In this document: in pieces, positions 1-11,358 of the stretch
Layout of the letters: each line of letters opens with the position of its first letter
Position numbering within the stretch: the stretch's first letter is position 1
Assembly: GCA_013265495.1 (NCBI GenBank)
Contig: MU058781.1
Coordinates: forward strand, 7,160,522 to 7,197,109
Source: Vicugna vicugna
Taxonomy: Eukaryota
Reading direction: 5' to 3'
Length of the DNA: 36,588 nucleotides
The notes under the pieces: model-generated
Seen by the model: only the letters and a program-made list of their open reading frames with translations
Told to the model about the DNA's origin: nothing
The model's database searches: none
Translations under genes and position numbers: made by a program

Positions 1-1830
1 ATTTTTTTGAAGAGTTTGTGAAATATTTATATGAATTCTTTGAATATTTGATAGTACTGAGTGGTGGAGCCATCTAATCCTGGGAGTTTCTGGTCACTAA
101 TGCCATCATATTATTTGTTATAGGCCTATTCATATTTTCTATTTCTCTTGAGTTAATTTTAGTAGTGTCTATCTTCCTAGAGATTTGTTCATTTTATTTG
201 GATTATCTAATTTGTTGACATATATAATTTTTCATAGTATTCTCTTACAATTTTTTCTATTTCTATGAAGTTCAATCCTTTAAAAATTTGAGACTTGCTT
301 TGTGGGCTAACATAGAGAGTGTTCCACGTGCACTTGAGAAGAATGTGTATACTTTTCTTGTTGGGTGGAGTGTTTTATAAATATGTATTAGGTCTAGTTG
401 GTATATGGTGTTGTTCAAGTGTTCTGTTTCCTTATTGATCTTCTGTCTAATTGTTCCACTAATTATGGGATAAGAAAAAGTCTCCAACTGTTGTTGAAAT
501 GTCAGTTTGTCTCTTCAATTCTGTCAATTTTTATTTCATGTACTTTGGGGTTCTGTTATAATTGTGATGTTTTCTTGATTAATTCATCTTTTTGTCATTA
601 TAAAATGTCCTTCTTTATCTCTAGTAACAATTTTGATTTTAAAGTCTATTGTGCCTTGTATTAGTGTAGCCACTCCAGCTCTCTTTGGACTGCTCTTGGC
701 ATTGTATGTCTTTTCCCATCTTTTTGCTTTTAATCTATTTGTGTCTTTGAATCTAAAAATGTATACTTTGTAGACAGTGAATAATTTATATTTGGTTCAT
801 TTTTTCTATTTTTATTCATTCTGCCCATCTTTGTCTTTGGATTGAAATGTTTAGTCCATTTATATTTAATGTATTGCTGATAAGTTAAAATTTATATCTA
901 TCATTGCTATTGTTTTTATAAGACTTATACATTTTCTGTTCATCACTTCCTCCATTGCTGCCTGCTTTTGGATTAAGCAGATAATTTTTAGTATACCATT
1001 TTAATTTTTATGTTTCTTTGCCTACATATTTTTGAGTTATTACTGAGTTGTATTGGGCATTATAATTGACATCTTAATTTTTAGCAATCTAAGTCAGATT
1101 AATAAAGCTTAATTAGAAGGATATAAAAATACTTATTTCTATATAACTCCATTCTCTCCTTCCTTTTGGTGCTGACATTGCCATGCAAATTACATTTTTA
1201 TACATTCTATACCCATGAATACAAAATTGTAATTATTGATTTATGTAGTTGTCTTTTAAGTTAAATAGGGGGAAAAGGTATATGTTACAAACAAAAAATG
1301 CAGTTATGCTGTCTTTTATATTTAGCTTTGGAATTGCCTTTATTTCATTATACCTTTATTTCTTCATGTAAATTTGAGTTGTTCTCTAGGGTCTTTTAAT
1401 TTCAGCCTGAAAGACTCACTTTAGTATTTCTTGTAGGGTAGGTCTGCTAGTGACACATTCAGCTTCTGTTTATCTGAGAATGTCTTGTTTTCTCCTTTGT
1501 TTTTGAAGAACAGTTTTGCTGGATATAGCTTTCTTGGTTGACAGCTGTTCTTTCTTCACTTTGAATGAGTCATCCTACTGTTTTCTATCTCCATGGTTTC
1601 TGATGAGAAATCACTGTTAATCTTATTGAAGACCCATTGTACATGATGAGTTGTTTCTCTCTTGCTACTTTCAGCAAAAAAGTAGCAAGACTTCTGACAG
1701 TTTGATTATGTGTCTAGGTGTGGATATCTTTGAGTTTCTCTTACTTGGAGTTCATTGAGCTTCTTGGAAATGTATATTAATGTTTTTCATCAGATTTGGG
1801 AAGTTTTCTGCCTTTTATTTCTTCAAATAT
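1..1830 (-). mobile_element. Old LINE-1 fragment (ORF1 3' part, inter-ORF region, ORF2 endonuclease and linker), degenerate, truncated by window start
   Basis: ORF 272-487(-) reads ETEHLNNTIYQLDLIHIYKTLHPTRKVYTFFSSARGTLS...HKASL, matching the L1 ORF2p endonuclease motif (LN.T..Q.DL.DIYRTLHP....YTFFSSAHGTFS...HK). Bases 1-270 on the minus strand match the region around the PGPDGF motif upstream of RT. The plus strand is T-rich, as expected for antisense L1. Confidence 0.92.
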
Positions 1831-2104
1831 TCCCCTTGGGGAAAAGCTCCCCTCAAGGCTGCTGCACATGCTCTGAACTGTATAGCTCCAGAGAGGGAAA
1901 TATTAAAATGGCTTGAGCTGTGGCAGTGGCAAAATTGCAGAGTGCGAGGGGTGAGTGCAAGGAACCCTCTTCTGAAGTCCCCACCCACCCCAGGAGTGCC
2001 TGCAGCAGCAGTCCAGCAAGGCTTGTCTCCAGGAGATGATAGAAAGTGACATCTCATCCATAATGTCAGGAATTGTTCAAAACTCAGGGAAATATCACTA
2101 CTCC

Positions 2105-2195
2105 TCTCCACAGGAATGCAGATTGGGAAACTGAGGTCCAGAGGGGTGAGAGAAGGCAGATTGCTGGCTCCCTGGACTCTCGCTTTCCACCAGGG
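2105..2195 (-). mobile_element. MIR SINE fragment
   Basis: CAGATTGGGAAACTGAGGTCCAGAG is the antisense MIR core (CAGATGAGGAAACTGAGGCTCAGAG). Confidence 0.7.
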
Positions 2196-3325
2196 CTGTA
2201 CTACTCAGTGGTTCTCCTTGTAGAACCTTATGCCAAATGTGCACATCCCAAACCTTTACAATTACAAAACTAATTAAGAGTCAAATTATATTATATGAAC
2301 CATCAGAATAATTTTCAGAGGAAGAAGAGGTCAGTTTGGGCTGAAGTAGCTAGAGAAAGATTGATGGAATCCAAATACACTGGTATCTGGAGGTAAAGGG
2401 TTAATATTTTATTTCCTTACTGAATAACTTACTGAAATAGCTGGAAATTAATGAAATTAAGATTTATGGCATTGCACAGAGGTTTCTGGTCGGGGCTAAA
2501 TATGCCCTTCAAATCATTTTCCTTTCTGCATGGTGAGGTTTTCTCTTATCAGCTGAAGGTCTGCAACCCCAAATTTCTTCCCATTCATAGGGACACTGTG
2601 CAGAAGCCAAAGACCAGCATGCACAGGGCTTTGCTCCTAGTGGGTCTCTGTGAGGGTTGATTGAAGACAAAGATGATTCTAATGATGTCATCCTAACCAA
2701 TCAGGTCTTTGGATGCATTATGTTTGTAATTTGGGAAGGGGCTATAAGCTAACACTTTTAAAATGCTTGAAACTTACTAATTTTAATAGCTTTCCAGTGA
2801 CATGAAGAATCAGACTTTATTTTTGCAAATCATTTTCTGAGAATTAGACCTGATACTTCTATTCCCTCTGGTCGACCAGTTAGCCTGCCACTCTCTCTCT
2901 TTTTTTAGCTTAAATTTGATTTTTGAGAGATTTAATCTCATTCCCTATCACAACATTATTTTTCATAACAGCAGGAATAAATTTGATAAACTATTCTAGT
3001 TTCTTACATTTGTGAATTTAATTCCCACTTCGTCAAAATGGGCTTCTGTCAGGGGATGAAACCAGATGCACCAGGTTGTTCAAGTCTTAAATTTCTCTCT
3101 AGCTTGTTGAAGCAATTGCATTAAAAATTTTAATAAATATGGTTGCTGACTTTCTTGTTCCCTCTGTGTTCCTGCTACAGTCACATTGTTTACACTGGAG
3201 CTTTTGCCACATCTGGTTAGAACTCAATGACTGCCCTCCCCAGGCACCTCTTTTACGTTACTATCTCCCTCAGGATTTCTCTTCCAAGCATTGAACTTTC
3301 ATTAATTTCTTTCTTTGACTTAAAA

Positions 3326-3520
3326 GAGGCAGGATGGTGTAGTAAGAAGAGTATGGCCATTGGTCCCAGAGATGCCCAGGTGTGAATCCTAGATCTGGCA
3401 TATGCTAGCTGAATGATCTCAGATATTTTAACTTTTCTGACACTCACTCTCATTACGCTTACCTTGAAAAGTTGTTAAGTTTAAATAAAATAACCCAGGC
3501 CACTGCATCTGGCACAGCAA
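3326..3520 (+). mobile_element. MIR SINE
   Basis: tRNA-like head (GGTGTAGTAAGAAGAG...GGTGTGAATCCTAGATCTGGCA...CTAGCTG) and MIR 3' end (...TCTGGCACAG). Confidence 0.7.
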
Positions 3521-4319
3521 TTTGTATATGGGAGCACTTATTCTGCCTATTTTTTTACACTTGTATTTATGAGTTGGCCATAATCAAGAAACAGCAATTT
3601 TTTATTCAAAGAGGGCTTATTCAGAACTTAGTTCTGTGTTCTACTTATACTCCATGCAGGCTGTTATTTAGCACCCATTATGATTTCTTAGTTATCCACG
3701 TTTCCAATACTGTTTTTATTATTACTTTTTATTCACATGGCACTTGATGCTTGTAAGTGTGCTTTTGTGCTTCTGTGTACCTTGATGTGCTTTGGTAATG
3801 TGTAGCATACACAGCCTGACATTCATCTTGTTGACTCATCATTCTGTGTGGGGTATTGCTTACAGGGTCTGTTTATTCTAAGCATCACAGTCTTACCTGC
3901 AGAATTCTCTTGGTTAAGAAATTCAGTTATAACGGGAGTGAGGCTCTTCAACCTGGAATTCTACGAAGACAATAGAAAATATCTATTGAGCTCCAAGGAA
4001 AAATGGGAGAGGCTTAGTCTGAATTTTTCCGCTTGGAAATTATATAGAGCAAGTTGAATGAAAAAAATGCACAAACTCCATTTTCAGTAAAACCAGGAGA
4101 CCCAGATATCTTGAACTATGAGTTATGTATACATACTGCCAAAAGCAACTGAGACCAGTGGAAGCAGGCAAGAAGCTTCATGGTAAATGGTGATGGGCAG
4201 TGAGAAGGATAGTGAAGAAGGCATGAGCTGTGGTGAATTTCAGAAAAGACAGTATGTGTTCACTTCCAGTCTAGAAGGGCCCCATCCTGAATGCCAACTG
4301 CAGTGAGCAAGGATGAATT

Positions 4320-4432
4320 CAGGGTGCCCAACTAGTCCAAGTTTGCCTGGACCTTTCCCAGCTTTAGCATTGAATGTCCCATGCCCTAGGAACCTCTTGA
4401 ATCCTGGGGCAAACCAAAACGTGTTCACCCTA
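4320..4432. mobile_element. MER81-like non-autonomous hAT (Blackjack) DNA transposon, full length
   Basis: Terminal inverted repeats CAGGGTGCCCAAC...GTGTTCACCCTA and internal GTTTGCC/GGCAAAC arms; 113 bp long. Flanking 8-mers GATGAATT (4312-4319) and GATGAGAT (4433-4440) match 6/8, consistent with a decayed hAT 8-bp TSD. Confidence 0.85.
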
Positions 4433-4779
4433 GATGAGATGAAACAGGGTGTGAAGCTGTGGGAAGGTGGGAAGGATCTGGGGGCCACACAGATGATAGA
4501 CTACAGAAACTGTAAGTCAGAATGCACCAACAAAAAGTGGGGATAGTACCTTGGAAGGTAAGAAATATGTCCTGTGTGGCAGTGGCTGGTGAAGAAACTG
4601 AAAGATCACATCAGTGGAAACCATTCTGAACCTTAAAGTCAAAAGGAATGTGGTTGAATAATAACAGGCATTATTTTTTTAAAGGAAATCGCCTGTTGCA
4701 ACAGAGAGGAACGGAGAAAGCCTATGAGCTGTAAAGCCTGGTAGACTGCAATGCCTCAGTTCTTCCTCTCAACCCCCTG

Positions 4780-5880
4780 ATAACCTTTGCAAAAAGCTGG
4801 TCCAGGAAAATTAAACTCATTCAAACATGCGTAACAGCAAAAGGAATTGGAAAAGCAGCTATGTAGAGATACTATTAATCTGTCAAAAAGAATAGCAAAA
4901 TTTTCCTATAGACAGATGAAAGGCACCAGAAAACTACTGCCAAGAAGCAGATAAAAATTGTAACTTAACATCACTTTTGATTAAATAATCAAGTAATAAC
5001 TGTTATTAATGAAGGTGTACAAAGCTACAAGAACTCAGGACTGGATAACAAGAGATGATGAAATAACTAAAGGAGGAGGTGAAATAGGATTTGGCAGAAA
5101 TCATGAAAGAAGCAAAAGAAAAAGGAATTTTTTTTTCCAGAAGACTAAATTAAATAGAACACAGAAGAATGGGCACCACTGAAAGCATAGTAGGAGACAA
5201 GTATATAGATATGAGAAAAGTGAACGAAATGAAAAAGAAATATAGAGATAAAAAGGATTAGAGACAAAATTATAGGAATGAAACACAAGGAAACATATAC
5301 ATATGGAGTCTCCCAAGAAGAAAACCCAAACAAAAGAACAGAACAAATATTTAAAAATACAATTCCAGACAAGTTTTCTAAAAAACAAAATAAGGCACGA
5401 ATCTACTTATTTAGAGGGCTTATTGTGTACCAGAGAAAATTGACCTAGAAAAGTCAACATCAAGACATATCCTAAAGTGATTAGAATAAAGAAAGAATAT
5501 TTGGGGAAAGCAGATAAAAATATCGAGTCACTTGTGGTGAAATGAAGTTAGGCAGGCATCAGACTTTTCTAAAGCTAAAAGTCAATCCCAGAAGACAGTG
5601 GGACAGGTTTGTATATTCAAGAAAAGAAAGAATGGGTCGGAGATCTCATATATGACCAAGATGTTCATCTGTAGTCTAAAAGATGACAGTAAAACAGTTT
5701 TGAAAGTGCAAGAACCCAGGAAATATTATTTATATGATGCCATTTTGAGGAAACGATTAGAGACTGAACTCCTGCCAAATAAACGATGGCTGGGGAAGCT
5801 TTGGTGAAAGGACTGGCAATGAGCATTAAATGTATTTAATTGCAGATTTAAGTCCAAAGCAAAAGAGGAGAAACTCAAAG
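4780..5880 (+). mobile_element. HAL1 (half-L1, ORF1-only non-autonomous LINE), degenerate
   Basis: A-rich ORF1-like sequence (AGAACAAATATTTAAAA..., TGTGTACCAGAGAAAATTGACCTAGAA...CAAGACATATCCTA, GGCATCAGACTT), followed by a HAL1-type 3' portion (GGACTGGCAATGAGCATTAAATGTATTTAATTG) with no ORF2. The 5' boundary is uncertain. Confidence 0.7.
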
Positions 5881-7550
5881 GGTAAAGTCTGAAAGCAGCG
5901 GCGGGGTTGAGACCCAGGATATATCTGAAGGAGCTGAACCTTGATTGGAAGTGAGATACTCTCTTCATCATACAAAAGGATGAAGAGAACGCTGATTAGA
6001 TGCAGGAAGGTGGTTTTCGTGTTCTCTGTGAAGTCCATGCACTGAAAGTAGGAGGAGGCTAGGCCTGAGGTAAGGGTTAGCACTGTAAAGGAAAACAAAA
6101 ACAAAAGCATACGGAATAGAGTGGTAGATCAAGTTTCCAAAGCATCACAGTAGAAATATGTATAAGAAGAGTTTGCTGTTTAAGGAAAATCTGCAATGTG
6201 TCTATTAAAGTGAACTATTTATTATGAGGTACCTGTGTTTGTTTCTTCTGTAAGTCGGATGTTGAATAGTATACAGAAGTTTAGGACAGATGTTTGTATT
6301 ATTTTGTAGCTGTGGACATACTGCTTTGCACTTTTCTTATGCAAATCCATTCACTTAGTTTCATTATTCTACTGTATTTTGGCCCGCTGTTGTACTCAAT
6401 CCAGTACACTGCGCGCTTCAGGTGTTCATTCAATAAAGATTTGATAGATAAGTAAATGAAACACACCTATTATAGTCTATTCTGCTTAATATTTATTTTC
6501 TAGCACTCATCCCTAAAGATCCACATGAAATAATTCTTACTTTTCATAATCATTTAATTTTTGTTCTCTGAGAAAGTGACCTATGAACTTGAACTTCCTG
6601 GTGAAGCTTAGAATAATAATTACAATGAAATTTATAAATGCTGAACTGTATACATTTCTGACTTAATAGGCCAAGGTGTAATATATATCTCAATAACCTT
6701 CATCCAGAAAGTCCAATTAATTTTTTAATAAAATAAAAGGCCATATATTAAAGTGTATTTGGAACACTATGTTCAAAAGGTCATGCTCTAGGTGGGCCAA
6801 CCAGGGAAGTATTCAGCAGCAGGTGTGAATTTAAAAGGCGACTTGGGTAGTCATTTTAGGATGGTTAAATTATCAGGCACCATAGAGCTGTAGGACTGTA
6901 CTAGCCAAGGGTGAGCTTCTCTGGGAGCTTTAAATGAAATATGGTTGAATTGTTTGGTTGTTGATGTGGCCAAAATAATATTTCTAAGTCTTCCTTACCA
7001 GTTCCCTACTGACTCAAAACAGAATTTTCCAGAGATATTTTCTGGAATATTTCCAACTACAATTAAGCCAATATACACTTGATACTGTTTTCCCTACAAG
7101 ATTTGAGAAGTGTACATTTTACGTCATTGTTAATTTACTGTGAAAATGTCATTATTTAAATATATCACACTGTTCACAATTTTGTGTGAAAGAGAAAACC
7201 TCAGAGGATTAACCAATATCAAAAATAATTTATGATCACCAGATCATTATTTCTATGTAAAAGGAAGGTTGAGACGATGCGAAGTAAGCAAAACAGGAAA
7301 GAGCTGAAGAAAGTTTGAATACCCTGTACATTGTGTAATTTGCCTCTTTCAGTGAGGATAGTTTCAGAATGATAATTCAGAGTATCCGTAACAATCACCA
7401 TGCCTTAGTATGGAATGATTCTAAGCTAAAGATAAAAGGATAGTCTAGTAAAACATGAGAGAGCCATTCCGCTTTGATACATTTTATTTAAGAAATGCCA
7501 CAGATCTAATATGCACAGATTTAGCCATTGAACATTTTGGGGAACAAGAC

Positions 7551-7745
7551 TGTGATGTAATTGAAAGAGCACAAATTTGGAACTGAAGGGTTGGGCCCCA
7601 GCCTCACTGCAGTTAGTGTGTACTAACCATAGGGTCAGAATGTAACAATACCTTTTTTCTAGGACTCCTACTAAGTATCAGGAATAGTGGGATAAAATAC
7701 TTCGGAGAGTGCTGGGCACATGGCGAGTGCATGGTGAGTGGTGGC
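7551..7745 (+). mobile_element. MIR SINE, degenerate
   Basis: GTGATGTAATTGAAAGAGCAC head and GTGCTGGGCACATGGCGAGTGC MIR tail. Confidence 0.55.
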
Positions 7746-7929
7746 TGTTCTTAATTCTTACTATTTCATGGCAAGAAATTTTATTAAGGTTAAAAATCTC
7801 AGAGAAACAAAACATCCACAAATCTCAAATAGCCATCTGTTTTGAGCAGCATTCATGCTATGAAACTCTAGCTCACTCAAATGATTTGGATTCCCTCTAA
7901 AACTCGCCATAATGAGATTTGGCCTGCAC

Positions 7930-8110
7930 CAGAGAAAAGCCATTAATGACCTAATTGTCAAATCTGATGGCCTGTTTTCAGTCATGTTCTTATTTATTTC
8001 CTCTGTGGCTTGTGATGCTGTTGACTGTTCTTATCTTCATTCATTCATCTGGATTCCTCAACAACCTTTTCTCCTGGTTCTTCTCTTGTTTCAGACTCCT
8101 TTCCTGGAGT
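7930..8110 (+). mobile_element. LINE-2 ORF2 (RT) fragment
   Basis: ORF 7912-8121 contains NDLIVKSDGLFSVMFLFISSVACDAVDCSYL, a decayed version of the L2 RT motif NDL..AKS.G.FSVLILLDLSAAFDTVDHSLL. Confidence 0.75.
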
Positions 8111-8278
8111 TAGGGTTTTGAAGGGGACTTTTCTTCACTTTCTGATCTCATCTTCTGTGCAGACTTCCCTTAAGTTCACCAGGCAGAGTCAGCACCGCTC
8201 AGCAAACCTTTATTCAGTATCTAGTATGCACTTGCCCCTCTTGCAGGTATTGGAGTCACAAGGACAATGAGATCAGAG

Positions 8279-8662
8279 TGGTGGAAACTCTCAGTGCTCC
8301 CCATATTGAGTTCCTCTCCTCTCTGAAACACACAGGAGGTGATGTTTTTCAGCCCTTTGCAGGAGATGGAGCTGTGTAACTAGTTTTAATCGTGAAATGT
8401 GAATGCAGCTCATGGGTTGAGGCATTTAAGAGCCAGCGCACTACTTCCTTTCTCTCTTCCCTTTTGCCATGACCCAGGAAATGATGTGTTGACCTGAAAG
8501 TGTCACATGGTGGAGGGAGCCTGGGCCCAAAATTTACAAATGGAAAACACTTTTACTAACTTGCATCAGACTATGTATGATTGAGAAGAAAACTTGTACT
8601 AAGCTGCTGAAATCTCAAGTTTGTTATTACATCCCATTTTATCCAATCCTATCTTAAACCAC
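8279..8662 (+). mobile_element. MLT1 (MaLR, MLT1I/J-like) solo LTR
   Basis: MLT1-typical motifs GTGTAACTAGTTTT..TGAAATGTGA, GAGGCATTTAAGAGCCAG, and 3' ATCAGACT...TGAGAAGAAAACTTGT..TAAGCTGCTGAAAT...TTGTTA. Confidence 0.75.
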
Positions 8663-11145
8663 TATAGTGTGATATACTTAGAGGAAATGGTTGTATGTGT
8701 GTAAACTACCAAGAAAATGTGCCAAGTGCCATGACAGAGTAACCACAGGATGCTTTGGGAGGAAGGGCAGTGTACTTATTCTTAGTGGAGAGTATTTAGG
8801 GAAGATGTGACTTCCTGGTTCTAATTCATTTCTTTCCATCCTTCCTCTCCATCCTTGGGTCCAACTTTAAGGAAATGCCAGGGAAGAGAGGGCTATGCCA
8901 GGCAGCAGTTTTCCTGGGTTCCTGTGATCAAGAAACCCAAGACCAAGCATCTCCTTTTCCCCCCTCAGCCCAGGTGCCTGTTGCCTGGGGACTTCTTTCA
9001 AGTTGTGATGACTGAAAAGCCCATAAGACATTGAGAATACCCAGCTTTATGATTTTTCACTTAGCACCGTTCAGACCAAGGTCAGCCAGAGAAGCTAGCT
9101 TTATTTTGAAGCTCTCTTGAATCTGCAATCTTGAATTAACTACTTTGTCTTATTATTTTCATTTATTTCCATATTTTTTTGTTGTTGTTCTTAACACTTC
9201 ACAGATTTCTCTCCAGATATTCCTGTAAGGTAGAGCTAATTGGAAAACATGCTGCCTGTAGTTACTCTGTGTTCATTTACATTTGATTTTTTTCTTATTA
9301 CAATGCTATTATTTTGGGGTTTATATCTATTGCCAGAGAAAATGTTAGTTTACCCTAAGCTCATTCTTTACCTCTACTTGGCCAAAATCCTTCAGGTGTT
9401 TTGTTAATTTCAGTTTTTTAAAGTTAAAAGCATGTGAGCCATTCTACAGTTATGACTTTTTCTGCTTGTTCTCATTCTCTTTTTTTCTCCTCAAGGTGTG
9501 GCTGTCCTATAGTTTCTCCTGAATTTATTAATTTAACTTTTTGATGTTCCCCTGTACTTAATCCTGAATTTCTCTAATATTTCTCCTCTGATCAACACTT
9601 TCCACTAAGCTGCAGGGTATATGGGTGAGGGGACACTTGAGATAAATAAGGAGTATCTAGTATTATTTATCTAAGTGAACAAGAGTTAAAATATCATTCC
9701 AAACAGAGCATGAGCATAAAACACCATGGAGGTGTTGAGGGAACTATGAATAATTTGGTACCGAGCAAGCAAGTATAAAGACAGAGATGTCTTCATGTCT
9801 CATTCCTGGGTATTGGGGCTAGTCTTGTTAGATGTTGGTTGAGTTACAACTTAGAATTGGATCCAAAGAGTTTTTAAGAGTTGATTCATGATATTCATAT
9901 CCAAAGCAAACAAAGATTCTAAGAATTGGAACATCAATCTAAGTCAAAGACTGTTAGAAGAAAGTCTAGATTCACCAGAAAGATTAACTATAAATACCAA
10001 ACTCAGAAGGCCATAGTGGGGTCCAGTTTGAAATCCCAGACCAAAATGTAGAGTCAGAAGAAGACAGCACTGGAACAAAGTCAAGCACAGATCAGTTAAG
10101 GGGACTGAGGTCCAAAGTGAGAGCTCTACAAACTAGTGGGTATTTATTGTTTGTCTTCATGAACTGATGGGTTCAAAAAGGGACCATGGTGGCATGAGGT
10201 TGTATTACAGGCCAAGGGCAGGGCAAACATATAGGAGATAAGGTTGGAAGAAGAACTATAGATCACATCATGGGGAATTCTTGGCTAAGGGACTTATGAC
10301 TTATTTTATAGACCATACAGAGTCAATAGAGGATTTTAAACGGGAATGATAAATGGTTAGATTTGCATGGATGAGAGCCTTCAAGCAGCAGTGTGGAGGT
10401 TGGACCGGTGGAGCATGGTATAGGAGGCAGGAGGACCCCTGGTTAAAGGGTTAGTGTCGTTGTTTGGGTGAGAGGAGAGGGAGTGACTATGGCAGGCAGT
10501 AGGACAGTGAGCACTGGATGATGACTTGAGGGTGGGTAGATTTAGAAGGTATTCCAGTAGTGTCTTTGTCTTATTGTATGTATGGTGTGAGGGTGAGGGA
10601 AAGGGGGGAGTCAGAGCTGGCTTGCAGGTTTCTGGGTAGATGGTGGTGTTAGCTGCAGTGATAGGGAGATCGAGGGAGGAGAAGTTTTCATGAGAAAGAT
10701 TTTGATTTAGTTTGGGGACACAGTGCTTTTGTGGTTCTCACAGAATATTTGGCTGCAGAGATTGACCATCTATTGGATCTACCGGTCAAAACCTACAGGA
10801 AGGGAAAGCGTAGGGATGATTTGAAAATCCCCTCAGAGAAGGCAGGCTCTCACCCTGAGAGACAACAGAGTGAAAAGTGGGCTGAAGACAAATCCTGATT
10901 TTAAGTTAAAGACATGAAAGCCAGCACCTGGAGGAGAGAGGGAGGGCGGCATCCAGGGCCAGAGTGAGCAGGCTGGTCTTTGAATAGGAGAGGAGGCCCC
11001 GTCGTCCGCTGAGTCTGGACAGGCCCGGATGGGAATAGGAGCAGCTATAGACTGTTTGATAGGCGTTGGGTGTATAGGTGGAGAGACTTCGCCTTCTCAT
11101 TTTCCTGGTGGAGTAAGAGATGTTGTTTTCTGCTGTGCATGAGAG

Positions 11146-11358
11146 CAGGGGTCAGCAAACTATTTTCTGAAAGGCCAGATGACCAGTAGTGCAGACTTAG
11201 CGGGCTGTAAGTGTCTGCCACGACTACTCTACTCTGCCGTTCTAGTGGGAAAGCATCCTCGGCATTACCTTAAATGATTCTGTGTTCCAAGAAAACTTTA
11301 TTTACAAAAGAAATGGTGGGCTGAGTTTGGTCTGCAAGCCATAGTTTGCTGACCCTTA
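11146..11358. mobile_element. MER58A-like hAT-Charlie MITE
   Basis: TIRs CAGGGGTCAGCAAACTAT / ATAGTTTGCTGACCCTTA, plus the diagnostic internal CTGTGTTCCAAGAAAACTTTATTTACAAAA. Confidence 0.9.

Noticed and set aside
5101..5388. Phe/Leu-rich transmembrane-like ORFs
   Set aside because: They are the antisense of A-rich HAL1 sequence.
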